Positions 1 to 10,243 of a stretch of DNA of 46,739 nucleotides are shown one piece after another. The DNA comes from Stramenopiles sp. TOSAG23-2 (taxonomy: Eukaryota). Positions within the stretch are counted from its first letter, which is position 1. Every line of letters begins with the position of its first letter. The stretch lies in assembly GCA_900128395.1 (NCBI GenBank), contig LT649279.1, positions 1 through 46,739 of the forward strand. The letters are read 5' to 3'. The notes under the pieces were generated by a model. It worked only from the letters and a program-made list of their open reading frames with translations. It did no database searches and was not told where the DNA came from. A program made the position numbers and the translations under genes.

Positions 1-267
1 AGTATTGAGCATATTACTTAACACGAGAAGTGTAAAATTATTTATGAACTTAAGATTTTAACCATCATTTATTACTAACCATCTCTAATACGAATTATAT
101 ACTCGTATACTCGTATCATATTTGAGATATGATATGATAGTAGATATATTAATATTGGCTCCAAGCGCTGTATTCCCAAGCTGGCAAGGAGAGTATGATA
201 TGATATGGGAATTGTTAATTGGGTAGAAATATGAAAAATTTAAAATACGCGCAGTACGTGTACATTT
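1..267 (+). repeat. Dispersed bipartite repeat, copy 1 (module B 1-64, module A ~121-267)
   Basis: AGTATTGAGCATATTA...AACTTAAGATTTTAACCA (1-64) matches 29700-29766 and the reverse complement of 41559-41621. GATATATTAATATTGGCT...GGGTAGAAAT...AAAATACGCGC...TACATTT matches the reverse complement of 41678-41793 and 35147-35269. Confidence 0.85.
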
Positions 268-453
268 ATTTTAAAAATATGATAAGAGAATATTAACAAT
301 TATTATTTTATATAAAAATTAATATATTTTCAATTGGTACAATTTACGGTTTTCGGTTGAAATTATAATACGTCGCTCGTACATCATATATATTCGTACA
401 TTTACGAAGTCTACCTCGTAATAATAAATTTTCGTATTTCGTATATACAATTT

Positions 454-3400
454 TTATCTTGTGCTTGCACAAAATCCATCTAAAATATCTACAATGATTT
501 CTCTTTTATCCACATAATATTGCGCTTTGCTTACTCCTTTAGGACTTATGCAGGTAAATGCATTGCGTAAATTACCATCACGATATCGTGATAAAATGGA
601 ATTGAATAACCCAATATCATAACGATGACTAGCAACACAAAATGTAAAGTCAAATAAACTTGAAGTGGATTGATTAATTGGTGATAAATTCGATTTTGTA
701 TTATTAGATATATTTACTTGCTCGGTTCGATTTAAATCCATTATCCGATCTAATATTCTAGCTAATGCCGTTGCACCGTTGCAACCAATTGGTCGTATAA
801 CAATTGCTCGTGCAATTGATGAAAAAATGGTTTCGATTGGCTTTAACGTTAACATTGAATCAAGTAAAGTATAAAGCTCTTTAGCTTGCGCTTGTCCAAT
901 GTCAATATCTGCATGGTGATAATGCCATACAATGCAACTTTCCAAAGATACATCGATATATGCACCAGGTGTACGCTCAGCATAATGATGCAACACTTCC
1001 ATAACTTCAGTTTTCCAACTCAAATTTGTGTCCCAATTTCCAGCTGTTGGATGCCACGTTGATTTAATTCTTCCTGTTGAAAAAGGGCTGTTGCTATAAC
1101 AATTATCGTTGTTGTTGCTTTCATTATGCATTTTAAATGCATACCCGTACTCCATGATCAATCCCAATCGTGGTATACCAGAAAACCAGGTTTCCATATT
1201 GACTTTATTGATTCCACCCATAACATAAACAACATTATTTGCATTATTACAAAGTTGTCTCAATATACTCAATGTTTTCGAAGTTGGAGGTGCTACTTGT
1301 GGAAAGGCTGAGAAATCTGGAGACAGGACGCCTTGGTATGAAAAGACAAACAACCGCTTAATGGAAGACGTATATGTTGCTTGTAAATCATGGTATTTTG
1401 GTAGACGTAATGATTTATTTTCTAATTTTACCAAGTTCATCTTGTTCGATTCCTTGACTAGTTGTGATGCCCAATTTTGAGCGTTATATGTACGAACGTA
1501 TTTCAACAGTTTTAATAAACGCAATTGTCTATTTTCAACAGTCATCACTAACGCCCGCTTTATTGCTTCTGCAACTGCATCGACATCATAAGGATTAATT
1601 GTTATAGCACCTTTTAATGAAGTGGCGCAACTTAAAAATTCGCTATACAAAAGTACACCAGGATTTGATTCATCTTGCGCCGCAACAAATTCAAGACCAG
1701 TGACATCAATACCACCTTTTAACGTAGTAATAATTCCAACATCAGCAATGTGGTATAAAACTAATAGATCATGAAAATCAACATTTCTTATTAAACGTAT
1801 AGGCACGTAATCAACTGCACCATACATACCATTAACAGAAGAAACAAGCTTACTTATTTGTTTCGATAAAAACTTTAATGTATCTGTAGCATATCGATGC
1901 TTGCCTGTTATACCTGGTACCATCCATCCATATACAACTTGAACTAAAACAATCTGCTTTTTTTTCCATGCAGATGGATTTTCTTTTAAGTACATTGCAA
2001 ATGCACTTATCTTTTGCATAATACCAGAAACACGACTTAGTTTATCATATGCAACAATTACTTTTTTACCAAAAAATTGTTTTGTCATACTTTTATGCTT
2101 CAATCTCATTTTCCCCGCATTTTTTGATTCTGCAAGAGCAATCTCTTTTTCTTCCATACTATCACTACTACTAACAATGCTATTGGTATCAATACTATCG
2201 CTAGTATCCAGATAATCATCCGCATTATTATTATTATTATTATTGTCCCTCTCATTATGTCCAATTGTATTATTGATAGCATCATTATGAAATGGTTTAA
2301 CCAATGTTGATGGTGGTGGATCAAGATTGACAGTATAATTTTCAGGAATTATACCAGGTGGTGCTACAATCAATTTAATAAGACGTCCTTCAAATTCAAC
2401 AACACTTGGCGAAGCTTCTAGACCTAATAAACGCTCACAAACACTTATAAAATTTTGTATAAAATGAAAATGATCAAACATAATAATATCAGCCCCTAAA
2501 CAGCCCTCTAACAACTCTTGGCGTTGTGCAAATACACTAAAGACATCAAACGATGGAAATGGGCTTCGCATAATAAAAATAACATTGGCATTTTCAAATC
2601 GCTTTCGTATCAATCTTGGCAATAACATAAGCCCAATATCATTCACAATTATATATTTATCTGCGTTGTCATAAATTTCTGTTAATCGATTTAAATATAT
2701 TTTTTGTACTTCTTCAAACATAGTCATTCGTAATTTTAATGTAGCTAAAAATATAGATACGCTGTTTCCATATGATATAGATGAGGCATGTGCACCAACA
2801 TTAGTTGTGCTATTAAGACGATGGTGATTTGGCATGCCAATGGTAAATGATGAATCACTACGGAGGCGTTGATGTTGATCCTGATCACGACTTAATTGAA
2901 ATCCCAAAGGTGACCTTTGTTGGATGAATGATGATGGTGATGTTGGTGTGGTAAAAGTCAACGAAGAAGGTGATCGCGGGACGAAGAGTGGTGAATATTG
3001 GGAAGAGTTTGGTAACGACAATGGATTAAAGTTTTTATTATTGATGCTATTTATTCTGGAAGTGATTGTGGTTGAAGCAAACGAGGATAAGCGTTCCGTT
3101 GCCGGATTTGATGTACTTTCAGTGTCTAACATGCTAAAAAAAATTGGAAACAAGACTTCATCACAAAATTCCATGTAACCCTGCGCTGTTGAGACTTTCA
3201 AAAATATTGGTTTACATTTGTATTCATCTATTAATTTTTTTTCTATCCCATTTTTTGCGTATGACGTTACACCAGCACAACCTGGCCAAGATAAACATTG
3301 TATATTCGCACCTAACTTCAACAAAGTATCTAATGCTGGTCGTAAAGCATCAATAGATTTACGATATACATAACCGGTTCCTTCTTCGTTTAAAAATACA

Positions 3401-3597
3401 GAGACGGGCGTACTATTACCACATACAATTGCGTTGAATCCATCAAAAATTTTGTTACTATTATTAGGTTCATTGTTACTATTATTAGTAAAACGTACTC
3501 TATCTAATTTTTTATGTAATTTTAATAGTTCGCTTAACAAACTGTCTTCTTCCTCTTCCAATGCTTCATTATATTGTTCCTCATCATCATAATCCAT
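454..3597 (-). CDS. Trehalose-6-phosphate synthase/phosphatase family protein (GT20 + HAD), catalytic motifs degenerate
   Basis: 1047-aa ORF with GT20 motifs (SPFPSFDVF, LGADIIMFD, GVLLYSEF, INPYDVDAVAEAIKRAL) and a C-terminal TPP domain (GLIMEYG, ERTPGAYI, WHYHHAD..G..QAKEL). Confidence 0.9.
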   Translation of the reverse strand: MDYDDEEQYNEALEEEEDSLLSELLKLHKKLDRVRFTNNSNNEPNNSNKIFDGFNAIVCGNSTPVSVFLNEEGTGYVYRKSIDALRPALDTLLKLGANIQCLSWPGCAGVTSYAKNGIEKKLIDEYKCKPIFLKVSTAQGYMEFCDEVLFPIFFSMLDTESTSNPATERLSSFASTTITSRINSINNKNFNPLSLPNSSQYSPLFVPRSPSSLTFTTPTSPSSFIQQRSPLGFQLSRDQDQHQRLRSDSSFTIGMPNHHRLNSTTNVGAHASSISYGNSVSIFLATLKLRMTMFEEVQKIYLNRLTEIYDNADKYIIVNDIGLMLLPRLIRKRFENANVIFIMRSPFPSFDVFSVFAQRQELLEGCLGADIIMFDHFHFIQNFISVCERLLGLEASPSVVEFEGRLIKLIVAPPGIIPENYTVNLDPPPSTLVKPFHNDAINNTIGHNERDNNNNNNNADDYLDTSDSIDTNSIVSSSDSMEEKEIALAESKNAGKMRLKHKSMTKQFFGKKVIVAYDKLSRVSGIMQKISAFAMYLKENPSAWKKKQIVLVQVVYGWMVPGITGKHRYATDTLKFLSKQISKLVSSVNGMYGAVDYVPIRLIRNVDFHDLLVLYHIADVGIITTLKGGIDVTGLEFVAAQDESNPGVLLYSEFLSCATSLKGAITINPYDVDAVAEAIKRALVMTVENRQLRLLKLLKYVRTYNAQNWASQLVKESNKMNLVKLENKSLRLPKYHDLQATYTSSIKRLFVFSYQGVLSPDFSAFPQVAPPTSKTLSILRQLCNNANNVVYVMGGINKVNMETWFSGIPRLGLIMEYGYAFKMHNESNNNDNCYSNSPFSTGRIKSTWHPTAGNWDTNLSWKTEVMEVLHHYAERTPGAYIDVSLESCIVWHYHHADIDIGQAQAKELYTLLDSMLTLKPIETIFSSIARAIVIRPIGCNGATALARILDRIMDLNRTEQVNISNNTKSNLSPINQSTSSLFDFTFCVASHRYDIGLFNSILSRYRDGNLRNAFTCISPKGVSKAQYYVDKREIIVDILDGFCASTR

Positions 3598-4104
3598 ACT
3601 GATTCTAACGATTATGTTATAAATTGATATACAAATATACCAACATTTGTATTGATATGTGTTGTATAAAATATTTATTTTTATTATACAGTATCCATTT
3701 GTTTGTTGGTTTGGGTGCTTTTAATGATATATTATTAAGGATTTATTATATCCGATTCTTTATATAATTAAATTATATAGTATGATCGATTATATGATCC
3801 ATTATTATATCTACCTTAATTGAAAATATGCACACCACATCATTATTATTATAAAAAAACAAAATAAAAAAAAAGGCTATTTATTATTATTATTATATAG
3901 GATGTGTATGTATTGAATGTATATACATACAACAAGAAGAATTATTCGAATTGAATATTATCATATATATATATATATATATATATTTTAACATATTTGA
4001 TGTAATATACAATACAAAACATTACATGATATAGAAATCAAAGATATTGGTTGTTTATGTATATACCTAGATATATACATATTATTTAATATTATTAACA
4101 AAAC

Positions 4105-7100
4105 ATGTTAAATCATATTGGTAGGATAAGGAAGAATTATGTGAAATTTATTTTATTATCTACCACGAAAAACAATGTAAAACATAAAAGTACATCAACG
4201 ACAAAAAAATCTAAAAATATTTTACGGCATACTTTAAACTTACCAAAAACAAATTTACCAATGAAAGCAAATGCAGCGAAAAGAGAGCCTTATATGGTTG
4301 ATAGAACAACTACGAACTTGTACAAATGGCAGCAAGAGATGAAACGAGATTATGAAAATGATTATGTTTTGCATGATGGGCCACCATATGCAAATGGTTC
4401 GTTACATATGGGACATTTATTAAATAAAACTTTAAAAGATATTGGAAATAGGTATCAATTATTGAATGGTAAACGAATTGATTATATACCTGGTTGGGAT
4501 TGCCATGGTCTACCGATTGAATTAAAAGCATTACAGAACCTATCTCAAGACGAGAGGGAAAAGTTATCGCCTGGTGAAATACGAGAGTTGGCTCGCGAAG
4601 TAGCAATAGAAGCGATTGAGGGACAGCGTAATGATTTTAAAAGATGGGGTGTTATGGCGGATTGGCGAGATGTACAGGATAATAATTATACAACTATGAA
4701 CAAAGAATATGAATTTGCACAGCTTGAAATTTTGCAAGAAATGATTTTAAATGGTATTGTTTATCGTGGTTTAAAACCGGTTTATTGGTCTCCATCATCA
4801 CAAACTGCATTAGCGGAAGCTGAGTTAGAATATAAAGATCATTTAAGTCAATCGGTCTATGTAAAATTTAAATTCAAAGATTTTGGAAATGGAAATTTAA
4901 ATGATTTATTTGTAAAACATATTAGTAATAACAACAACGAAGACGTATATGCACTTATTTGGACCACAACGCCATGGACAATACCTGCAAATATGGGTTT
5001 ATGTGTTCATCCAAATGTGGAATATAGCATTGTACGCATTTTAACAAACAATGATAATAGCGAGGGATCATATCTTATAATAGTTGCTACTGAATTATTA
5101 GATCAGATTGATAATTTAATGGCTGAAACAACTTCCATTGAACGACTTGGTAATGGTGACTATAATATCCTTTTTAAAGTAAATGGTGACGATTTTAACA
5201 ATGGTGCTGCATGTTACCATCCAATGAATAAATCGCGTATATCTCCATTTTTGTTAGGTCAACATGTAACAACTGATGCTGGAACTGGTATTGTTCATAC
5301 AGCACCTGGACATGGACACGATGATTATATAGTATGGAAGCAAAAAGAAGAAGAAGAAGATAATGATATATCATCAAACAATAGCAATGATATTGCCTGC
5401 CCAGTCGATGATTATGGTAAATATACGGAGGATATAAATAAATTGATTGATTGTTCTGGTACGAATGCAGTAAATTTTATTGGAATGTCGGTTTTAAGTG
5501 ATGGCAATGATGCTGTTATCGATTGTTTGAAAGATACTAATATGTTGTATCATAAAAGCAATTATATACACCGTTATCCACACGATTGGAGGACAAAAGG
5601 TCCAGTAATTACAAGGGCAACGAAACAGTGGTTCGCAAATGTTGGGAAATTGCATAATGATGCTACAAGGGCACTTCAAGATGTTAAGATGATACCTCCA
5701 GTAAGTTCTACGCGTTTAGAAAATATGGTAACTGGCCGAAAAGAGTGGTGTATATCTAGGCAAAGACATTGGGGTGTGCCAATACCGGTATTTTATAATG
5801 TACATGATGGAACTGTTTTAGCGACAGAAGAATCTTTATCGCATGTTGGAAATTTAATAAGGGAACATGGGACTGATTGTTGGTGGACGATGTCCATGGA
5901 AGATTTATTACCACCAACAATTGTAAATTCAAATAAAAGTAATGATTATATTAAATGTACGGATACATTAGATGTGTGGTTTGACAGTGGTTCTTCATGG
6001 GCATCTGTTCTAAAGCAAAAAGGCTTAAAAGTACCTGCTGATCTATATCTAGAAGGTTCAGATCAACATCGTGGATGGTTCCAATCATCACTATTAACAT
6101 CATTAGCAGTTGGTAATGGCTTTGCACCATATAAAAATTTGTTAACACACGGTTTTGTATTGGATGAACATGAACGGAAAATGAGCAAATCATTAGGCAA
6201 CATTTTGGAACCATCGATGGTAATAAATGGTGGCAGGACAAAACCAAGAGAAATAATTGAAGAACCTACGGTTGTTGCTGATGCAGCTGCTGAAGGCAAC
6301 GATGGGGATAATGCGAAAAAGAAAAAAAAGAAAAAGCAAAAGAGAATAAAAGTGAAAGCTGTAAATTGGCCTGCATATGGGGTAGATGTTCTCCGAATGT
6401 GGGTAGCTTCAACAGATTTCACACATGATGTTGTTATTGGCCCAACAAATGTAAAAAAGGTTTCTGAAGCATTACGTAAAATACGTAATACTGCTCGTTT
6501 CATATTAGGTAATTTAGATTCTAGTAAGGAAAATGCGGTAGATTTTTCCAATGAAAATAAAATCAACGTTGATGTAGATAGTTTATCACCATTGGATAGT
6601 TTAATGATTTACCGTTTGGAAACATTTATACAGGAAACTGCCATTGCATATGAAAATTTTAATTATAGAAAAGTCTTTGATTTAGTTCAACAAATGATAT
6701 CTAATGATCTATCTGCGTTTTATATGGATGTATCAAAAGATCGTCTGTACTGTGATGACAAAAATGATTTAAAACGTAAACAATGCCAAGATGTATTGGT
6801 ATACACGTTAAAGGCATTATTAGCTGTCGTTGCACCTATCGCACCATTTACTTGTGAAGACATATATCAATATTATATCATCGATAACAATAAAAATGAA
6901 AAAAGTGATAATCAAAAGATGGAATATGTAGATAAAGATACCGGTAAAGGGACTGGTGTTTATGATGTAAATTCAGTTTTTCAAAATTTACAATGGCCAT
7001 CGCTTTCAAATACATCATCATCAGATAGAAAATCGAACATTTTAAATGGGTGGAAAATTATTAGTGCAACCCGTGATGCAACCAAGCGTCAAATTGAAAA

Positions 7101-7521
7101 TATACGTAAAGAAGATATTATAGAGCTTGGAGATGATTTAGAAGCAAAGGTTCATATTAGTATTATTTCATCGAAAAATGAAAATGTTGCTTCAAACGCA
7201 TTTTTGTTATTTAATAATGATTTAGAAGACATATTTGGCACGTCTCAAGTTACAGTAGAATATAAAAATATTGCTAACATGTCTGATGCAGCAGAGAGTA
7301 ATTCAACAGCGTATTCAGAGGTTGTAAATATATCCAATGAGGTTAATATTGTAGTTGTTGTTGATCAAGCAGATGGTGACAAATGTTTGCGTTGCTGGAA
7401 ATATTCCCCTAGTGTTGAAGAAGTTGATCTTGAACAAGTTATTATTTCAGATGATTCAGATGATAATGACAGTATGGTACCTTTGTGCCCAAGATGCAAA
7501 GAGATTGTTTGCGGTTGTTGA
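4105..7521 (+). CDS. IARS2: Isoleucyl-tRNA synthetase, mitochondrial/bacterial type
   Basis: LHDGPPYANG, HMGH (HIGH), PGWDCHGLPIE, WTTTPWT, WCISRQR, EGSDQHRGWF, KMSKS and a C-terminal CLRC...CPRC zinc finger. The basic, hydroxylated N-terminal extension resembles a mitochondrial transit peptide. Confidence 0.95.
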   Translation: MLNHIGRIRKNYVKFILLSTTKNNVKHKSTSTTKKSKNILRHTLNLPKTNLPMKANAAKREPYMVDRTTTNLYKWQQEMKRDYENDYVLHDGPPYANGSLHMGHLLNKTLKDIGNRYQLLNGKRIDYIPGWDCHGLPIELKALQNLSQDEREKLSPGEIRELAREVAIEAIEGQRNDFKRWGVMADWRDVQDNNYTTMNKEYEFAQLEILQEMILNGIVYRGLKPVYWSPSSQTALAEAELEYKDHLSQSVYVKFKFKDFGNGNLNDLFVKHISNNNNEDVYALIWTTTPWTIPANMGLCVHPNVEYSIVRILTNNDNSEGSYLIIVATELLDQIDNLMAETTSIERLGNGDYNILFKVNGDDFNNGAACYHPMNKSRISPFLLGQHVTTDAGTGIVHTAPGHGHDDYIVWKQKEEEEDNDISSNNSNDIACPVDDYGKYTEDINKLIDCSGTNAVNFIGMSVLSDGNDAVIDCLKDTNMLYHKSNYIHRYPHDWRTKGPVITRATKQWFANVGKLHNDATRALQDVKMIPPVSSTRLENMVTGRKEWCISRQRHWGVPIPVFYNVHDGTVLATEESLSHVGNLIREHGTDCWWTMSMEDLLPPTIVNSNKSNDYIKCTDTLDVWFDSGSSWASVLKQKGLKVPADLYLEGSDQHRGWFQSSLLTSLAVGNGFAPYKNLLTHGFVLDEHERKMSKSLGNILEPSMVINGGRTKPREIIEEPTVVADAAAEGNDGDNAKKKKKKKQKRIKVKAVNWPAYGVDVLRMWVASTDFTHDVVIGPTNVKKVSEALRKIRNTARFILGNLDSSKENAVDFSNENKINVDVDSLSPLDSLMIYRLETFIQETAIAYENFNYRKVFDLVQQMISNDLSAFYMDVSKDRLYCDDKNDLKRKQCQDVLVYTLKALLAVVAPIAPFTCEDIYQYYIIDNNKNEKSDNQKMEYVDKDTGKGTGVYDVNSVFQNLQWPSLSNTSSSDRKSNILNGWKIISATRDATKRQIENIRKEDIIELGDDLEAKVHISIISSKNENVASNAFLLFNNDLEDIFGTSQVTVEYKNIANMSDAAESNSTAYSEVVNISNEVNIVVVVDQADGDKCLRCWKYSPSVEEVDLEQVIISDDSDDNDSMVPLCPRCKEIVCGC

Positions 7522-7623
7522 AAAAAACGGAAAAGGAAGTTTGTGTGGGGTTGTAAAAAAATGCGCATAAATATTATATATATATATGATACTCTTATAT
7601 TTGAGAAAGCAAGATAAAAACTT

Positions 7624-8825
7624 CTACAACTTGGACTCTGTCAATCTCATTTCACCAGGCTTATTCTGATCTGGGCCTACCCATCTATTTACACGACTAA
7701 ACTTCTCAGTATAACCATATACACCCCAAACCTTATACCCCATTCTTTGTTTTAACTTGTTGTTACATTGATGAAAGACATCTTCTCGCAATCCTACATG
7801 AATATTTTCTTGTTGTCTCATATTCGGTGTATGACAATATTGAAATATCAACGGTCTTTCTCCATCCTTTCTGACATTAGCACCAGCTGCATGCCAAAGA
7901 CGCCCATCGAAGATAACAATTGTACCAGCTTCACTGTGGAGCGTATGAATGAGTGACGTGTTAGAGAATATCCTTTTTTAGGTTTAGGGGAAAAATGGAA
8001 TTTTACTTACCAATTAAAATTTACAGTCGGAAAAAGTTTTGTAAATTCTGAACTAAGAGGAGGGTAAATACCAGTAAGGTGGCTGCCTGGAACAACATGA
8101 GTTCCACCATTTGTTTTATCAACATCACATAGACAATAAACGACTTGGCAATATATCGGTGGTGGAATCATATCTGGTAAAGGAGTATCTCTTAAAGATG
8201 ATATTAGTGAATGTAATGTAAAAGGTTCAGATGGCCATCTTGAAAATAGTTCTGGTGCGTAGGCGTCTGCGCCACCATATCCTTTAGGAGTTTTCCCATT
8301 ATTCTTCATTACTGCTTCGCGACTGCTATAACGTATTGTATTTCCTGCCTGATCGCAATGCAGAGCTTGAGGAATGTTGCCAGGCCTTACAACATTTGCC
8401 CATAATGATCCTAACATCCACTTAGGATGTAATAATTTATCAACTAATAAAGATGGGGTTTCAAGGGTTACAAGTGAACGAAAACATTCTCCCTTGTTGA
8501 CTAACATGAAGACTTTTTGGTTCGGCTGGTCTTCTTCCTTTTGTATTTTAAAAGTATCGTGAACTTTATCTCCAGTATATTCTAAACCATCCTTTGTTGC
8601 TATACCTGCTTCAAGTTCCGCTTCCATTTGCTCTTTCAATCGTATTCTCAACTTTTTGAGGTGTGTTGATGATAATCCATTTTTTATATAACAATATCCA
8701 TATCTATATAAATCATTCTCCAGCTGTGTTAAATCTTCCGTAGGTTTTGGCAATTCATCTATATTTACATTTAATGGAGGAGGCAATAATTTTGCCAATT
8801 CTGGCGTCAACGGTGTTGTTTTCAT
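7624..8825 (-). CDS. Phytanoyl-CoA dioxygenase (PhyH) family 2OG-Fe(II) oxygenase; spliced join(8825..8011,7933..7624), 374 aa
   Basis: Exon 1 has YGYCYIKN, QALHCDQ (HxD) and NGGTHVVPGSH. Removing intron 7934-8010 joins ...PTVNFN-C-EAGTIVIFDGRLWHAAGAN (distal His) in frame with the 7624..7851 ORF (RQQEN motif). Confidence 0.9.
7934..8010 (-). other. Spliceosomal GT-AG intron, 77 nt
   Basis: Minus strand donor GTAAGT at 8010, branch CTCTAAC (~7966-7960) and acceptor CCACAG ending at 7934. Splicing restores the PhyH reading frame. Confidence 0.9.
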
Positions 8826-9034
8826 TGTATTTTAATTAAACTGGCGTCAGTTATGCATATATATATGTATATATATATAAACTGGTGTTGTCAGTTATGT
8901 ACAAATGTAAAATATATTTATTATTAATAAAATAGATGACACGTCTGTATTTTGTTTATTATCAAACGTCCATATGTTACCAATACTCATCGTCAAAAAA
9001 ATTAATCGAGTGAATTTCCTTTTCATTCTACAAT

Positions 9035-10243
9035 ATGGTTAAATATATTAGTACCATTAGGTCTATGTTTACTATTATTTTTATAATTGTTACTGTAATA
9101 ATGTCTTCTTTCAATAATTACTATTTATGTGTTGCTCAACATGCACCTCCAATACCGGTAAATGTACCTTCAATACAAAGATTGAATCAAGATCATACTT
9201 TACCGACAAAGAAAAGACAGATAGAAGACCATATAACGTTAACAACAAAGCGTAAACCATGGCGAGGCCCGTCAAAATTATCCACTTTAAAATTAAAAGG
9301 TTATAAACATAAGATAGAAGAAGTTTTACCAACACGTTTAAAACTATTAAATACAACCGAACGTGTTAAATTTAATAATGACTTAGCAAAACAACAGGAC
9401 TTTTTGCGAAATATCGCCAACGGAAACGATGTTGCCCCTCCCCTCCAAGCACAGCAACAACAACGCAATAATATACAAAGTGGTACAACGATAGAGACCT
9501 CCCCAAGCACTATTAAAGAATTAGCAGGTGAAGCACTAAATGCTATTACAAATTTGCGACAAACTGGTCAATTGCGTTGGTCAACAAAGGAAAAAGATGT
9601 TTTAAACCAAGTTGCTAATGGGCAATTTCGATTGCCAGTAAATATCCATGGCAAAGCACAAACATCAAAATATGAAAATAAAATTATTCCATTATATTCT
9701 AAAAAACCAACCCAAACTATGGATTCATTATTACAGCAATCAAAGCCATCGCATCATGGACGTTTAGCCAATAACAAAATTGATAAATTAAAAATGGAAG
9801 GAGATTGGAAAAAATTTATAAAAAATAAAAAAAATTTAATACCACCTTTAGAAGGTGTGAAAAAACATCTTCGATCGCAATCAACATTGTCACCACATCA
9901 TCGACAAAACTTACAATCATTTGAACAACATCAACAGCAAATGCATTCAAGGCAACAGCAATTTAACAATCAAGGGCAATATGGCGTAAAAGGAGTTGAT
10001 ATAGATAGTTTTGATCCGTTTGAGCATGACACTGAAACGAATGAACAAGGACGAAAGAAGGCACCGATATTGAGAGAGCCACCAAGTCATTCTTTAGGTG
10101 TCATTGCAGGTGGGCCGAGAGTTGGTATAGCTGGTAATGGTGGTGATAGTGGTAGTATATCAGCTCAAATTTTACAAAGTGCACCACAATATCAGTATAC
10201 AAAATTAGATAAATCTGCATGGCCAGCTGGTGGAAATAGTTAA
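9035..10243 (+). CDS. Hypothetical secreted or membrane-anchored, Gln-rich protein
   Basis: 402-aa ORF with an N-terminal hydrophobic segment (MFTIIFIIVTVIM) and a low-complexity body. No recognised domain. Confidence 0.7.
   Translation: MVKYISTIRSMFTIIFIIVTVIMSSFNNYYLCVAQHAPPIPVNVPSIQRLNQDHTLPTKKRQIEDHITLTTKRKPWRGPSKLSTLKLKGYKHKIEEVLPTRLKLLNTTERVKFNNDLAKQQDFLRNIANGNDVAPPLQAQQQQRNNIQSGTTIETSPSTIKELAGEALNAITNLRQTGQLRWSTKEKDVLNQVANGQFRLPVNIHGKAQTSKYENKIIPLYSKKPTQTMDSLLQQSKPSHHGRLANNKIDKLKMEGDWKKFIKNKKNLIPPLEGVKKHLRSQSTLSPHHRQNLQSFEQHQQQMHSRQQQFNNQGQYGVKGVDIDSFDPFEHDTETNEQGRKKAPILREPPSHSLGVIAGGPRVGIAGNGGDSGSISAQILQSAPQYQYTKLDKSAWPAGGNS

Noticed and set aside
7510-7570. IleRS ends Cys-Gly-Cys-TGA, resembling a selenocysteine GCU tail
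   Set aside because: The IleRS zinc finger is already complete, no SECIS-like element is visible in the ~100-bp spacer, and the read-through sequence is low complexity.
8007-8825. PhyH ORF and the 30228-30653 ORF as truncated pseudogenes
   Set aside because: Each is completed in frame by a canonical GT-AG intron.
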